Of a stretch of 36,895 bases of DNA, positions 33,181-36,895 are shown piece by piece. The notes beneath the pieces were generated by a model that did not search any database, was not told where the DNA came from, and saw nothing but the letters and a program-made list of their open reading frames with translations. The stretch is from the NCBI RefSeq assembly GCF_004010195.1, contig NC_057758.1, forward strand, positions 7,633,114 to 7,670,008, read 5' to 3'. Position numbers and translations under genes: made by a program. The first letter of the stretch is position 1. Every line of letters starts with the position of its first letter. The stretch is from Chiloscyllium plagiosum. Taxonomy: Eukaryota.

Positions 33181-36100
33181 ACACTCACACACACAACATT
33201 GAATAGCTACCAATTTCATCTCGACATTGTGTTTAATCCATAAAAACACATCTGTGATTACTTTCTTACAATTCACAAATGGTTTGATTTGTAAATTACA
33301 GTTCTCTATTGTACAATTCCAACGGAATAGGTTCATATTCTTGTCTTTCAAGCGTTCAAACAATGTGAGACGGGTATGATCTGTGTACACAGCCATCTGC
33401 GACACATTGTTCGTGAACTACACATTAAATGTTGTCAGGCCAGTAACAAACTCAATGTTCTCTTCTGACCGTAGAGCGTTTCCTCTGGTGGATGTTGAGT
33501 TTCTTTGAAAAGTAGCCAACTGGCAGTTCAATCCCATCATTATCTCCCTTTAGCAGTACAGCTTCAACTCCTAAGTCACGAGGATCTTTCACAAGTTTGA
33601 AAAGTTTCAAAAAGATTAGTGCAGCTAAAACTGGTGCAGGGGTTAATATTGCTTTAAATGTTCGAACGCCTCCTGGCATTGCTCTGTCACTGGAACTTTG
33701 TGCTTATCTTCAGCAAATCGGTTAATGGTGACACTAACTAGCTGAAGGTTGGAATAATATTCCGATAGAATCAGCTTAACCCCAAGTATCAAAGCACCTC
33801 TTTCTTTGAGGTTGGTCGTGGATATTCCTCGACTATCTTCATCTTTGCTTTCCGTGGGGTCAACTTCCATGAGTGACGTTATGCACCAAGAAAGGAAATT
33901 CTGCTTTCGCGAATTCAGCATTGTTTAAGGTAATAACCGGTTCTGCTTCTCATAGGCCTTTAAAGAACTCTGTCAACTGTACCATGTGATCTTTCCAGGA
34001 CTTACGAAAGGTCACGACATCATCCAAATGGATTGCACAGTTTGTTAAAACGGCCACAACTTTGTTCGTGCCTCTTTGGAATGTGCAGGTGTTTTCTTCG
34101 TTCCATAGGGCATCATTTTGAATTGATGTAGCCCATTTGAGGTTAGAAACGCAGAAATGGACTTGATCGTTTCCATAACGTTACCTACCAGTGTCCACGC
34201 AGTATGTCCAATTTAGTGATATAACCAGACTGTTCAACTTTCTCAATACAGTCCTGATATTTCGGTTTTGGAAATGACTCCGAATTTGTAATGGCGCTGA
34301 CTTCCAATAATCGACCCAACATCATTGACTCTCGTTTCATTTGGGAACTAAGACAATCAGCAAACTCCACTTGAACATCAGTCCAAAGACATCCTCGTTG
34401 AGTATGGCTTGAAACTCATTGTGGACCTGACTGGCTTTTAAAGGTTTGAGCCTATAGGGGTGTTGTTTGAATAAAAGAACATTTAAGACGTCAATTTCAT
34501 GTGCAATAGCACTACTCCTCCCCATCTAATTCCTATATTTGTCCACATACTGCAGTTGCAAACTTTTCAACGGCCGAATATATCTAGTTTACCCACAAGT
34601 TTACTAACATATCCCCCTCCTCAAGGAATTCTTCATATTTTTAAACATGTGAAAATGAAGGATTTGGATGGATATAAGCCGAGTGCTGTCAGGTGGGACT
34701 AGATTGGGTTGAGATACCTGGTCGGCATGGACGGGTTGGACTGAATGGTCTGTTTCCATGATGTAAATCTCTATGACTCTGTGACTCTATCAGTAATTGA
34801 TTCCTCATTCTTCAGGGCAGTAACTAACACCTGTTTCTCCAGTTCTTTCTCTCTTTGTGTTATCTGGAGGCGATCTACGCAATCAATTATATCCCACGTG
34901 AAATGTTCTTCGAACATGGAATTGACAACAAAAGTGCTGGTTTGATGACCACGTGTAGCTTACCTGCCATTTGACATGTATGATACGCACGACAAAAGTT
35001 AACACCTTTAGCTTTGCATTCCAGGCCATTAAAAATGTTTATGTACCTTTGCCTGAACTTTTCAAACAAGAAGTGACCTTGAGGATTAAACACTTTAGCT
35101 TGACCTTCTGCCTGTTTAGATTTTCCAAGACCATTATATCAAACATGGTGTCCGGTAACGGAACACAAAATCCTTCATCTTTCTCCTTAGTCTTTGCTTC
35201 GTACTTTGACTTATGATGTTAGGATATTGTGAATACACAATCTGTGAAAATACCAGGATATCTTTCTTCTAACTCCTTCAGTTTCTTGGTCTTCCTTGGG
35301 CTTTTCCACATCAAGCGGTATCACTCCCACCTTGGCTCCTGCTAAAGGATTCCCAAGAACAAACTGGATTCCTGGTACTGACACTCGGTCAATCACGCCC
35401 ACTGTTTCTTCCCCAGTCTTATTTTGGCACGCCAAACAGTTCTTACACAGAAGAAGGCTACATTTCTGTCCACCTATCCCACAAAGTAACCTACTCTCGG
35501 ATAACAGATCGGAAAGAGTGCAAATTCTCTTATCTCCTACTATTAGAGAATGGTTACTCTCTGGCGCTGTGAGGCAGCAGTGCTAACCACTGTGCTGCCC
35601 ACTAAATGAGTACAGTTTACCCCAGTGACGAATTCTTAAAGAGGCCGGGGACTAACTCCTTACCCAGACCCTGCCTAGGCTGTGCACTTACCTGCAGCTC
35701 CTCGTCTCATCTTAGGGTTTCCTTTACTACTTTCTCTAATGCCACTGGCCTAGCTTCATTTACCACATCTTGTCCCACATTCTCTTATTTTATCGTCCAC
35801 GACTGTGACTTTAGAGTTCTACTTAATAGTGAAAACACCTGGAATCTTTCATTACCTTTCTACCCTCTTGGACTTCTTTTGGTAAACACTGACCAGTGTT
35901 CCTTACTTTTGTTTTCATAGTTCAGTATCTCCCCTTCTCCCAACTTCTATTCGTCACAGGATGACATTCTGGTCAGTAATGTGTCTTATGTGCCAACGTG
36001 TATTCATCTGCGAATTCTGCTGCCCTTCCTAATTTCTGAATTTTGTGTTCCTCCACGTGAATACGTATCATCTTTGGAAGTGAGGTTTTTGAACTCCTCT

Positions 36101-36895
36101 CCCAAAATAATCTCCCTTAGAACCTCATTGGTCTTATGTATCTTTAAGGCCCACACCCATCAACAAAATGACGATGTTTAATTCTTTCAAACCCAACATA
36201 ATTCTGACCTGGTTCCTTCTTTATGTTTCTAAATCGCCATCTATACGCTGTGGTACTAATTCATAAACACATAAAATAGCATGTTTGATCTCTTCACAAT
36301 CTCTTGACACTGAACCCCCGTCTGAAAGCCTGAAAAATGCCTCACTCGCTCTGCCTACCAGTTTAGTCTGAACTTGCATTACCCATAAATCCGCGGAACA
36401 TTCCCTCTGCCGAGACAATTTTTCAAAAGAAATATAGAAGGCTTCGACATCGTTCTCATGAAATTGTGGCAGCGTTTTCACATATTTGTATGTCACTAAG
36501 TTATCTTTTAATTTCCTTCATGTTAATTTAACACTTCCGACGAAGTCGCACCTTCTCAAGTTCAAATCTCTCTCTTTTCCTCAGCTAAGAATCTTTTCTC
36601 GCTTTCTCTCTGTCTTTCTACTCTCTCCCTTTCTCTTTCCCTTCTTTTCTCTCTCTTTGCTCAGCCAAGAACATTCACTTCCCCCTCTCTCTTTCTCTCT
36701 CTTTATCCCTTTGTATATCTTATAATTTCATTTTCCCCCATTATCTTTTTTCTCGCTCTACTGCATTTGCCGGTTTCTCATCACACCTAATTGCTTCAGT
36801 AATGCCATTCCCATTTCAGTTTTACTTTTGTCCTCTGTTAAACCTAATCCTAACCTCTTTGCTAATTCTAATTACATGGTCTTTTCTTTTCTTTC
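33181..36895 (-). mobile_element. Gmr1-like Gypsy element, copy B, including gag (~35780-36895)
   Basis: Inverted paralog of 12721-15647. Gag ORF 36221..36496 reads LPQFHENDVEAFYISFEK...LVGRASEAF...IKHAILCVYELVP; the GA-rich coiled-coil coding tract lies at 36560-36720. Confidence 0.92.

Overview
Eukaryotic, repeat-rich DNA from a cartilaginous fish (shark). This is inferred from HE1-type tRNA-derived SINEs, CR1/HER1-type LINEs, Penelope-like element (PLE) ends carrying minimal hammerhead motifs, and a Gmr1-like Gypsy element. I found no intact protein-coding gene. The window has four N-gaps (1834-2333, 16752-16901, 20714-21213, 22165-22269) and three diverged paralogous blocks in inverted orientation (68-1833 vs 25800-27534; 12721-15647 vs 33181-35777; 16902-20713 vs ~28420-32270). 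Manual translation across stops and frameshifts reveals decayed genes between the repeats that the ORF track misses. One is a GPR139-like GPCR pseudogene. The others are compact immunoglobulin-superfamily genes with T-cell-receptor-like features, in which V and J-like motifs appear to share one exon (pre-joined). These are an alpha-like L-VJ-C gene (22030-21214, minus), a beta-like L-VJ-C-mini-exon gene in two copies (25947-27481 plus; 1673-199 minus), and an L-VJ-C-TM gene with a TCRalpha/delta-like transmembrane motif (7587-9425). The most interesting hypothesis is a fossil, duplicated head-to-head pair of non-rearranging TCR-like chains. All family assignments come from by-eye motif recognition and need profile-search confirmation.
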